A stretch of DNA of 64,000 bases from Candidatus Poribacteria bacterium (GTDB lineage Bacteria; Poribacteria; WGA-4E; PCPOR2b), in NCBI GenBank assembly GCA_022826645.1, contig JAJDUM010000117.1, forward strand, positions 585 through 64,584, in the 5' to 3' direction. The translations under genes were made by a program, and so were the position numbers. This document shows positions 39,106-47,774 of the stretch, one piece after another (the stretch's first letter is position 1; every line of letters starts with the position of its first letter). Under the pieces are notes generated by a model, which saw only the letters and a list, made by a program, of their open reading frames with translations, was not told where the DNA came from and ran no database searches.

Positions 39106-40608
39106 TTATTCGGCGGTTTCCTCTGCTCCTTCAGGCGCGGTTACATCTGTCGTGCCCGTTAGGCTTAATAGATACGCAAGCAAATCGCTCATATCCGAAA
39201 CCGATAGTAACAGCGGGAAGTTACTCGGCATCGGAGAAGTAACAACCAGCCGCTTACCAAAAGCGCGACTGTAGGTCGGTCCTTCGTCGATATCGAATGT
39301 ATCGATGATCTGCTCCTCGCCATCAACAATTAAGATGATTTCGTCCTCATTTTCCGACACCAACTCCCCGACAATAACATTCTCATCGAAGTCAGTCAGC
39401 GTCGCCTGAACCTTCACATTCGACTTGGAAATAATTTGGTCTTCTCCACCCACCTGAAGCGTAATGTTTTCGTCGTCCTCTCCTACAAGGTCTCCACTCA
39501 CGGTGGTTCCCGTATCAGCAAGCACTACTTGGATCCAGAAGTATCCTTCCCCTGTCAGATCTGTCAGCTCTTCGATCGGCTCCGGATCGAGTTCGCTCAG
39601 TAGAATGGTGCGCTCTTCTTCGTTGCCGGCTGCGTCCTTAACGCGCACGTCGATCTTCTCATTGTCTTGCGTAACAAGCGTCCCCTGAATCGTAGCACCG
39701 CCGGTTTTCACCGTAACGGAACCGTATCCGCTCACAATTTGCGCGTTCGGCAATAGGACGGACTCTTCGATATACCGGGGCTGGTTCAACGCAGCGATAT
39801 CCGTCAAGTCAGGCGCGGCGACAACTTCAACGCCATCATCAAGTGTTTGCCCAGCAGGTTGCTCGATGCCAGCAACAGCGTGACAGGCGATGCACTTTGC
39901 GCCTTCTACGAAAACTCTTTCGCCACGTGCAACGTCGCCGGTGAGGAGCGGGGGCAGTTCCTCTACTACAGCTGCTGCACTTCCAATATCGACGGGGGGC
40001 TCGAACGGGGTCAGATCGACCTCTCCTCCTTGACTCTGGAGGAAGGCGATAACCGTTTCGATTTCCAACTCGGTTAAACTGATAGGTGGCTTCCAAACGG
40101 GAGGCATGATGTTCCCGTAACCGGCGACGAGGAATTTATGGGGTTCATAGGCGGATTCAATGAGGTATTCTTTTGCTGTCAGCCCCGGCTGGCGTGTTGC
40201 AGCACGAGTGCCAACATCTGTTAAATCGGGACAGCGACCTGGTGGCGCAGACGTATCGAGCGTGTGACAGGTGTTACATTTCCCTTTTCCGTTAAAGATC
40301 GCTTCTCCAGCCTCAATAAACGCATCCGGTGTCCGCTCTATACTCGAGAGGTCCACCGTTGCAGTCGATGTTTCGGGAACAATGCTAGCGGCAAATGCAT
40401 AAAACCAGATGACCATCAACGAAAATGACAGGAGTTTGACTACACTCTGCCAAAGTATAATATTCGCCAAAGCGAAGATAAAAAACCATGTCGACCACGG
40501 CAGCAGGTTTTCCGAAGCAATCGGGAAAGCCGGCGCTTTCGCGATGTAGAGGATAAAACTTACAACCATTAAAATTAAGGCTACAATTCTAATTAGTTTT
40601 CTTTGCAT
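39106..40608 (-). CDS. Membrane-anchored diheme cytochrome c with acidic beta repeats
   Basis: N-terminal TMs; CNTCH with IMP; CIACH with SPMP. Confidence 0.85.
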   Translation of the reverse strand: MQRKLIRIVALILMVVSFILYIAKAPAFPIASENLLPWSTWFFIFALANIILWQSVVKLLSFSLMVIWFYAFAASIVPETSTATVDLSSIERTPDAFIEAGEAIFNGKGKCNTCHTLDTSAPPGRCPDLTDVGTRAATRQPGLTAKEYLIESAYEPHKFLVAGYGNIMPPVWKPPISLTELEIETVIAFLQSQGGEVDLTPFEPPVDIGSAAAVVEELPPLLTGDVARGERVFVEGAKCIACHAVAGIEQPAGQTLDDGVEVVAAPDLTDIAALNQPRYIEESVLLPNAQIVSGYGSVTVKTGGATIQGTLVTQDNEKIDVRVKDAAGNEEERTILLSELDPEPIEELTDLTGEGYFWIQVVLADTGTTVSGDLVGEDDENITLQVGGEDQIISKSNVKVQATLTDFDENVIVGELVSENEDEIILIVDGEEQIIDTFDIDEGPTYSRAFGKRLVVTSPMPSNFPLLLSVSDMSDLLAYLLSLTGTTDVTAPEGAEETAE

Positions 40609-40635
40609 CGGTCTCGTCCTAACTGTGTTTGATTG

Positions 40636-42453
40636 TTAATCATCCCCTGTGGTGGCTTCTGCCTCAATAGACGGCTGCTGCTCTTTTTTCTTGTCGCCCC
40701 ACAAACCGAGCCAGAAAATAAAGCCTACCAAAGCGAAGAAAATTACCATAATAACAGAAATCATGTTAACAGCATCAGCAAGCAAAGGGGTGTGCGCATC
40801 CGGAGAGGTGTCAGGCATTACACCAAAAATATGCCACGCCTCTCGAAGTCCCGACCGGGCGTAGCCCATCAATCCCATGAGTGAGGTGAAGGTAATGGCG
40901 AGTAGAATCAACACATATTGGGACCGGTCTGTCATCTGTCCCCAGCTGATTTCGCTTGAGCGCATCGCTTTCCGATACATAATCAGATCGATTATCGTTA
41001 CCAAAATCATGACAGCTAATGCGATTATGACCTGTATCGGCGTCAGCACGTTGACGCGAAAATCGCTAGCGACTTTGAATCCTGCAATACCGATGGTGAC
41101 AATTGCTGCGACAGCCAGTCCAACAATAGCTGCGATGACGATGTTACCCACTTTGCTCCAACCCACTGTCGGCGTTTTACCGGATCGTCGGTAAAAGAGA
41201 AAACTAAGAAACGTGGTCAAGATAATGAGATTGACAACCGTATTTTTCGCCGTCATCAAGCCGAAAAGTCCAACGAGCGGGTGATTTGGTCCTCCTATTG
41301 CAGCCAACTCCGTGGGCGACATAATCAATGTGCGCGGCGTCATCCAGACCGCGACAGATAGAACGATGATAGCGATCATGTAGGGACGATAGCGAGCGTA
41401 CCTCTCCCCGCCGGCGATGCGGGTCATGCCTGACCAGAGATAGTAATTCGCTCCGATAAACAGGACACCGATCATCACCGCCTGAATGATGAACAACCAC
41501 GAGAAGAGACTCCCCATCATGTTAATGCCCATCGTGTTATTGAACATATAGATTTCTCGTCCCAACCAGTATCCGGCGAAGGGAAGCGGAATCAGTCCAC
41601 ACAGCGCGATAAAGTTGCCCGTATATCCCATCCAGTCGTAATGCGCTTTATCCTCCCGCGTCTTAGCGGCAAGGAAACGAAAGGCGGAATAAGCACCGAC
41701 GATTGCACCGCCGAACGCTATATTCCCAATGAGCCGATGGATATTGACAGGCATCCATGTATAGTTATTGACTGCCTGCCACAGGGTTCCGATGAATGCA
41801 CCCGACTCATCATGGAGTGGAATTGGCTCGTGGTCGGATCCCATAATCGCTGGACTTGTCTGGTAAGTCAGCCACGAGTTAGAAACGAACATAATCGCTG
41901 TACCGAACACATTCAGGAGCACACCGAGAAATAGGTGCCACATTTTCGACACCCTGCCCTGCATCCGATCCCACCCGTAAGAATAGAGATAGAGCGTAAA
42001 GGTCTCTCCGAAAAACAGGATGACGTAGAAAATCATCGTTGGGCCGAAGATTCCTGACAGTTTGTTCATTACCTTCGGGTAGCACCAGATGAGGATAAAA
42101 ACAAGTACCCCACCCATCAGGGCGGTCGTCGAAAACGCGCCCATGCATAGCTTGATGAACTCCTGTGCCATCTTATCATACCGTTTGTCCTTCGTTTTCA
42201 TCCCGACAAACTCAATGACAACTGCGAACATCGGAACACCCAAGATGAAGGAACCGAACAATAGATGCAATTGAGCAGCGATCCACGCGGCGTTGCGGCT
42301 GCCGATCCCTGGGAAGGGACGGTACTCTGTGTCGGTCACATCTTGGGCAAAGACAGTCACAACTGTCAACAACAGATACATGACAAGCAGACCGAACAAA
42401 AGATATAATCTGTTTTTGGATCCGTTCATACTGGAATGTTTGGTGAGATACAT
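40636..42453 (-). CDS. Cytochrome bd-like oxidase subunit I (CydA superfamily, non-quinol type)
   Basis: QLHLLFGSFILGVP, FFGETFTLYLY.YGW, HLFLG...NSWL..P, NIHRLIGN, GYARSGLREAWH; no Q-loop motif. Confidence 0.8.
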   Translation of the reverse strand: MYLTKHSSMNGSKNRLYLLFGLLVMYLLLTVVTVFAQDVTDTEYRPFPGIGSRNAAWIAAQLHLLFGSFILGVPMFAVVIEFVGMKTKDKRYDKMAQEFIKLCMGAFSTTALMGGVLVFILIWCYPKVMNKLSGIFGPTMIFYVILFFGETFTLYLYSYGWDRMQGRVSKMWHLFLGVLLNVFGTAIMFVSNSWLTYQTSPAIMGSDHEPIPLHDESGAFIGTLWQAVNNYTWMPVNIHRLIGNIAFGGAIVGAYSAFRFLAAKTREDKAHYDWMGYTGNFIALCGLIPLPFAGYWLGREIYMFNNTMGINMMGSLFSWLFIIQAVMIGVLFIGANYYLWSGMTRIAGGERYARYRPYMIAIIVLSVAVWMTPRTLIMSPTELAAIGGPNHPLVGLFGLMTAKNTVVNLIILTTFLSFLFYRRSGKTPTVGWSKVGNIVIAAIVGLAVAAIVTIGIAGFKVASDFRVNVLTPIQVIIALAVMILVTIIDLIMYRKAMRSSEISWGQMTDRSQYVLILLAITFTSLMGLMGYARSGLREAWHIFGVMPDTSPDAHTPLLADAVNMISVIMVIFFALVGFIFWLGLWGDKKKEQQPSIEAEATTGDD

Positions 42454-42609
42454 TTTTTCTCTGTTACTCCAGACTTAATATCAAGACTTATGTCAAAAGC
42501 AAGCGTCACACATTAAGGACCTAAAACGTGATGCGTAAAACATAAAAACAACTTGTTCATCGGTGTCTGGTCTACGGAGTTCATGCAAAAAAAAGTGCAA
42601 AACGTTAAG

Positions 42610-42643
42610 AGAAACCGAGTTTTGAAGAAAAAACTCGGTTTCT
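42610..42643. repeat. REP-like palindrome or terminator
   Basis: AGAAACCGAGTTTT-gaagaa-AAAACTCGGTTTCT; the same arms recur at 46815-46913. Confidence 0.6.
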
Positions 42644-42655
42644 GTGTCGGCGATG

Positions 42656-43405
42656 TTACTTCTTCTTAAAATCGGCACTTGTAAAGTTGATTTCAACATC
42701 TCCGTCCGCAACTTCGACAACTTGGGCTTTTGTCGTTCCAAGTTCCTCGTGCCACGCTTGGACGCGGTACTTACCGGCGGGGACATCTTTAATCATGTAA
42801 GTCCCCGTATCGTTTGAACCTTCGTAAGCGTCGGAGCTGATCCATTTGCCATCTTTGTCTTTGTAGCCTGTCACAGCGTAATAGTCATTGTCTGTAACAA
42901 AGATATAGCCTGTCATCCAGTTGTGGATATCGCAGGTGAACTTGATCGCTTCACGTTTTTCGAGTTTCAGAGGTAACTTTTTACCGGGCCCCGGTATTTG
43001 CCAGTTCGGAGCCTCGTTTTTTGTGGCATGGGAATGGACGTTATGCGCAACTGGATCGCTGGAGGTCACATCTACTGTGGTCCCTGCGGTTACAACAAGG
43101 ACATGCGGGTAATACATGCAGTCAACCTGATCCATGACTGGATTTTTGGCAGGGATTGTTGGCTCCGCGCCGCGTGCCCGCAAGTAAACAACAACGTTTT
43201 TAATTCCTTTGCCTTTGGACACCACAAGGGCTTCAGATTTACCATTTTTTAGGGAATCAACACAGTGTTGGTCTTTGGTTGCACTCAGTGCTGGGCGTGC
43301 TGGTGCAGCTCCATCATACATCACGGTTCCGCTGATTGCACCGGCATATACCATGCTCGTGATTAATATAAAGCTGAGTGCGGTCAGAGTTATTGTAGTT
43401 TTCAT
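42656..43405 (-). CDS. Secreted cupredoxin-like / carboxypeptidase-regulatory-like protein, paralog of 35611-36393
   Basis: DQVDCMYYPH, HNVH, TCDIHNWM, AWHEELG. Confidence 0.75.
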   Translation of the reverse strand: MKTTITLTALSFILITSMVYAGAISGTVMYDGAAPARPALSATKDQHCVDSLKNGKSEALVVSKGKGIKNVVVYLRARGAEPTIPAKNPVMDQVDCMYYPHVLVVTAGTTVDVTSSDPVAHNVHSHATKNEAPNWQIPGPGKKLPLKLEKREAIKFTCDIHNWMTGYIFVTDNDYYAVTGYKDKDGKWISSDAYEGSNDTGTYMIKDVPAGKYRVQAWHEELGTTKAQVVEVADGDVEINFTSADFKKK

Positions 43406-43469
43406 GATTCGAACGGATCCTTTCTTTATTCAAGTCCGACATTGAAATGATTGTATGTTGATGGTGTTT

Positions 43470-43533
43470 ATGATAGCAGCATATGAAAGGGGGAATCAAG
43501 TGTTAAAAAGGGCAATGTCACGGATATCCGTGA
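43470..43533 (-). promoter_or_regulatory. sigma70 promoter with upstream palindromic operator (bd-like oxidase operon)
   Basis: TTGATT(43499-94)-18 bp-TATCAT(43475-70) with TGn; TCACGGATATCCGTGA at 43518-43533. Confidence 0.7.
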
Positions 43534-43628
43534 ACGCTGTTTTCCTGTGGCTGGCGCGCGCTATTAGATCACATAAATGCGAGTCACATGCGTCAATGAC
43601 AAGGAATCACCGAATTAAAACCGAAGCA

Positions 43629-43657
43629 CCTGCCCTCAGCGAGTCGCTGAGGACAGG
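43629..43657. terminator. GC-rich hairpin downstream of the substrate-binding protein gene
   Basis: CCTG(C)CCTCAGCGA-g-TCGCTGAGG(A)CAGG. Confidence 0.45.
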
Positions 43658-43683
43658 GACCGGTTAACATCTAATATTGAAGA

Positions 43684-44853
43684 TTATTCAAAATCCACAA
43701 ACTCGCCGTTTTCAACAGTCAGTACAATCGGATCGTAAACCGCGTCTCCGACCTCATTAAAAGAGAACTGACCGAGAATGGTATCGAGATCCATGATATT
43801 GGCTAACGCATCTCGAACCGCCGTTGCCTCGGTGGATTGTGCATTCGTAATTGCTTCTGCTAGAATATAAAGGGTAGCGTACGACTGTGCAGCCCAAGAA
43901 TCAGGTTCGATATCATACGTCGCCCGGTAATTCTGGACGAAGGATTGATTGCCCGGTGTGTCAGCCGTAGCGCGCCAATTGGTGAAAGTAATTGCCCCTT
44001 CGGCGGCCTTCCCCGCGATTGCCACTTCAATTCCCGTCAAATCGGGAACAATCAACTGCACAGAGGCAGGGATACCGATCTCACGCCCTTGAATCATAAT
44101 CTGAGCCATATCCGCGGACAAAGCGGAGATAAAGATAGCCTCAGGATTCGCCTCCATTATCGCAGTTAATTGCGCTGAAAAGTCGGTCTCGCGGGTTTGG
44201 AAGGTTTGTGTAGTCACAATATCAACACCATTAGCAACAAGGGCTTTACTTATCTCATTATTGCTACTCGTGGCATAGACATCAATGTCATCATATATTA
44301 GTGCCACTCGTTGGTAGCCAAGTTTCTCTAGAGTTATCTTGACACCATTTGGATTTAGTACATCAGTAGTGAGCCCTGTGCGAAAGATAAAATCGCTAAG
44401 CGCACTCAGACCGGCAGCGGAAGAGAGCGAGCTAAAACATACAACTCCGTTCTCTTCTACGATCGGAGCTAGCTCTCTGAGCTGAGTTGAGAAAGTGATA
44501 CCGGTGATAATGGACACGCCATCTTGATGAATCAGTTTATTAAAGGCCGCTTTCGCACCTTCAATGGTGCTCTGATCATCCTCAATGATGAAGGTGATTT
44601 GGGGACCGCCATAGTGGTTAAGTTCTGCTTGAGCGAGCTCAAAGCCACGTTTCATCGGTAAGCCGTACAGAGGCCCGTTTGTGTCGTCCAGCGGCAGGGA
44701 GACACCGATGATAATTTCTCCGGGAAGCCCTGTCTCAGGTGGTGTAGGGGTGGGGACGAGAAGTTGTCCAATCTGGTCACAGGCGGAAAGCCCGACAATC
44801 AAGGCGCCTATTGCCAATACATAAGTGAATTTGGTGAATCTGCTGATGCTCAT
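43684..44853 (-). CDS. Branched-chain amino acid-type ABC substrate-binding lipoprotein (LivJ/K-like)
   Basis: Lipobox LSAC, TDFSAQLTAI, AAQSYA, LGQFSF. Confidence 0.88.
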   Translation of the reverse strand: MSISRFTKFTYVLAIGALIVGLSACDQIGQLLVPTPTPPETGLPGEIIIGVSLPLDDTNGPLYGLPMKRGFELAQAELNHYGGPQITFIIEDDQSTIEGAKAAFNKLIHQDGVSIITGITFSTQLRELAPIVEENGVVCFSSLSSAAGLSALSDFIFRTGLTTDVLNPNGVKITLEKLGYQRVALIYDDIDVYATSSNNEISKALVANGVDIVTTQTFQTRETDFSAQLTAIMEANPEAIFISALSADMAQIMIQGREIGIPASVQLIVPDLTGIEVAIAGKAAEGAITFTNWRATADTPGNQSFVQNYRATYDIEPDSWAAQSYATLYILAEAITNAQSTEATAVRDALANIMDLDTILGQFSFNEVGDAVYDPIVLTVENGEFVDFE

Positions 44854-45033
44854 TTTGAACCTCCTCGGTTTCGAATGAAAAAATTAAGGAGGGGCAGATT
44901 CAGACAATCTACCCCAACCTGATTCATTGTTGATTGATATTCGGAACAGGTTATCAAAAAATCCCTTGGATCGACGATCAAAGTCGTAATCCCTACAGGA
45001 TACAGATTCCGATTCCATTACCCCTGCGGAAAA

Positions 45034-46206
45034 TTACTCAAAGGCTACGAAAGCACCGTTTTCGACAAGCAGTATATTCGGATCATAAACTGCGTCTCCA
45101 TCAGCACCAAAAGAGAAATTCCCTAAAACAGTAGGAACATCCATAGTATGCGCCAGCGCGTCCCGAATCGCCGCTGCATCGATGGAATGGGTTGTCGCAT
45201 ACGCCTGCCCAATTGCTGCAGCGAGAATATTGAGCGTGGCATACGACTGCGCTGCCCAAGCAACCGGTGCCTCTCCGTATTTCTCAGTATAGCTCTGGAT
45301 GAACGCCTGATTCATTGGGTTGTCATTCATGCTGAACCAACCGATAGAAGTAACTACTCCCTCGGCAGCATCACCCGCGCCTGCCACCTCGATATCGGTC
45401 AATTCGGGAACAATGATGCGCACATCAGGCATGAGCTGGCGCGCTTCGATTATAATCTGAGGTATATGAGCGCCTAACGCGGAGATGAAGAGGGCACCGG
45501 GATTTAACTCCATTATCCGAGTTAATTCCTCCGTATAATCGGTAGCGTCACCTTGGTATGTCTCCATGGCCACAATTTCGACACCGCCCTCGACAAGCGC
45601 ATCCCTGAACGCTTTATCACTAAGTGTAGAGTAGGTATCTCCGTCGTGATATATTGTAGCTGCCGTTTCGTAGCCCAATTTCGCCTGAGTCGCCATGACG
45701 AGAGGCGGGTTAAGCACAGCGGAGGTAAGTCCCGAGCGGAAGGTAAAATTGCCACGTCCCTCCAGCACCGGAGCAGATGAAACAGAGCTAAAAAGGACAA
45801 CCCCGTTGTCTTGGGCAATTTGAGTTACGCCTTCAAGCTGAGTAGAGATAGCAAAACCGACAATCGTAGATACACCTTCTCCAATCAGCTCATTCACAGG
45901 ACCAACAGCGCTCACGCTTTGGTCATCTTTTTCGACGAGCTTAAGTTGTGCCGAGCCGAGCATCCCTGAGTGGTTAATATGTTCGCTAGCGAGTCTAAAG
46001 CCATCTAGCATTGGTAACCCATACGCGGCAGCGAATGGCCCAGTCTGTGCTACAACGACCCCGATCGGAATCTCTACCACCTCAGGTGGCATCTCAGGTT
46101 GTGGGGGAAGTAGAACTTGTTGAATTTGATCACAGGCAGAAAGCCCCACAATCAGAGCAACAACCGCCAGTACGTATGCGAATTTGGTGAATCTTCTGAC
46201 CTTCAT
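45034..46206 (-). CDS. LivJ/K-like substrate-binding lipoprotein, paralog
   Basis: Lipobox LSAC; shares the RBS region GGAGGTTCAAAATG and signal peptide with its neighbour; start 46206. Confidence 0.88.
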   Translation of the reverse strand: MKVRRFTKFAYVLAVVALIVGLSACDQIQQVLLPPQPEMPPEVVEIPIGVVVAQTGPFAAAYGLPMLDGFRLASEHINHSGMLGSAQLKLVEKDDQSVSAVGPVNELIGEGVSTIVGFAISTQLEGVTQIAQDNGVVLFSSVSSAPVLEGRGNFTFRSGLTSAVLNPPLVMATQAKLGYETAATIYHDGDTYSTLSDKAFRDALVEGGVEIVAMETYQGDATDYTEELTRIMELNPGALFISALGAHIPQIIIEARQLMPDVRIIVPELTDIEVAGAGDAAEGVVTSIGWFSMNDNPMNQAFIQSYTEKYGEAPVAWAAQSYATLNILAAAIGQAYATTHSIDAAAIRDALAHTMDVPTVLGNFSFGADGDAVYDPNILLVENGAFVAFE

Positions 46207-46367
46207 TTTGAACCTCCTTGGTTCTGAGCCTAAAAAATGGCATGGATAAAACAGGTACGTACTTCTCGCATCTGTTCTCCACACCTATCCAACAACCAAT
46301 TTAGAGATAAATTGGTTGAGACCACCTCACTCTTTTCTGACGATGCACGACTAAACCAAGAAATGGT

Positions 46368-46742
46368 TCAATCACGCCTCGGCGTTGGTCGGAAATTCTC
46401 TTTGATGAATTTGAACAATTCTCGCTGTTCTTCATCTGTTAAATAATAAAAAAATGCCGGCATATTGTCTTTGCCGGCATCGATACTATGTATGAGTTGC
46501 TCGTCGGTACGCCCCTCCCAAAACTCGGTTGTCGTCAGATTTGCAGGTTCTAGCTTTTTGAACCGTCCAATTCGTCCATTGCCTTGCCCGTTTGCACCGT
46601 GACAACCGGCACAATATCTTGCATAATTGTACTCGACTTCGGAGCCGTATCGGGTGCTGGGATCTACCGCCCGACAGAGCCAGATTAGCCAACTCATACT
46701 AGCGGCAAATATCCCAACGATGATGAGAAGATGTCGAATCAT
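46368..46742 (-). CDS. Small monoheme cytochrome c
   Basis: N-terminal TM or signal, CAGCH, NMPAF. Confidence 0.85.
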   Translation of the reverse strand: MIRHLLIIVGIFAASMSWLIWLCRAVDPSTRYGSEVEYNYARYCAGCHGANGQGNGRIGRFKKLEPANLTTTEFWEGRTDEQLIHSIDAGKDNMPAFFYYLTDEEQRELFKFIKENFRPTPRRD

Positions 46743-47063
46743 TTAAGTGATCCCACCTTTGTGATTTTAAAACAAGTTAAGCAAGAGTGAAATCTCCTGA
46801 TGAATCGGCACGTCAAAAACCGAGTTTCATGCCTGGAATACACACGATTTAAGGAAAAAATCAACCCATCTTCCCACACGCGGAGGATATGAGGATCGAA
46901 AAACTCGGTTTTTCATTATGTTCTATTCCCTCAAAAGGGAATAATCCGTATCTCGAAGCTCACGAATCGGATTCAACTGTTCACTAATTCCTCTCCTGTT
47001 TTGAAGATTGAATCCCAAAACTCGGGAAGGAACAATTGCTGCTTGGACAAAACCTTGGAAGAT

Positions 47064-47501
47064 TTACATGTTATAAACCAAAAGCACCCACAGATCGCCC
47101 TGTTTTACGAAGTGGATCTGGTCTCCGAGCTTAATTTCTTCTTCGTGCTCAAATATCCTAATTGCTATCACTACGCCTCGCCCTTGGTCATTATGGGCGA
47201 TAACGACGCCATTTGTAGGGTCTGCCCCGAAAGTATCTTCAGGTAGTTCAAGCCCAACTGTCAACATGGGTGCCTGTGCCACCAATTGCTGAATTCGAGC
47301 GTCATCTGCTGCTTCAAGTGCCGCAGTGAAATCACTGAACGCCGGGAACATATCATCGACATCGGACATGTCCATATCAGGGGTTTCAGGGACAATCGCT
47401 TCAGGTGTATCCGGTTGTAATATGAGTTGTTGAAAGTCTGCACAACCGACTAAAAACAGTAAGGCGAACAAGCTCATGATGCTTGGGGACATACGATTCA
47501 T
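47064..47501 (-). CDS. Hypothetical lipoprotein
   Basis: Lipobox LVGC. Confidence 0.6.
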   Translation of the reverse strand: MNRMSPSIMSLFALLFLVGCADFQQLILQPDTPEAIVPETPDMDMSDVDDMFPAFSDFTAALEAADDARIQQLVAQAPMLTVGLELPEDTFGADPTNGVVIAHNDQGRGVVIAIRIFEHEEEIKLGDQIHFVKQGDLWVLLVYNM

Positions 47502-47774
47502 GGTTATAACCTTTCATTTAGCACGATCGTTAATGGATCGAAATTATAAGGCCAACAATCTCAATCCGTTAGGGATCGCACCTGTGATAAAAAGCACTTC
47601 TTATCACAGATGCTGAGAGACAATTGGGCTGTATTTAAGAACTTCCTACGGCGTTTTTTGCCTGCGGATTTAGTAATTGTTGGGTTTCACTATTGTTCCA
47701 TCCAACCTACGTGCGATCGAGATGTGAATATAGACCTGCAATATAGTCAACACGCCCTAGCAACTTGCGTTATT

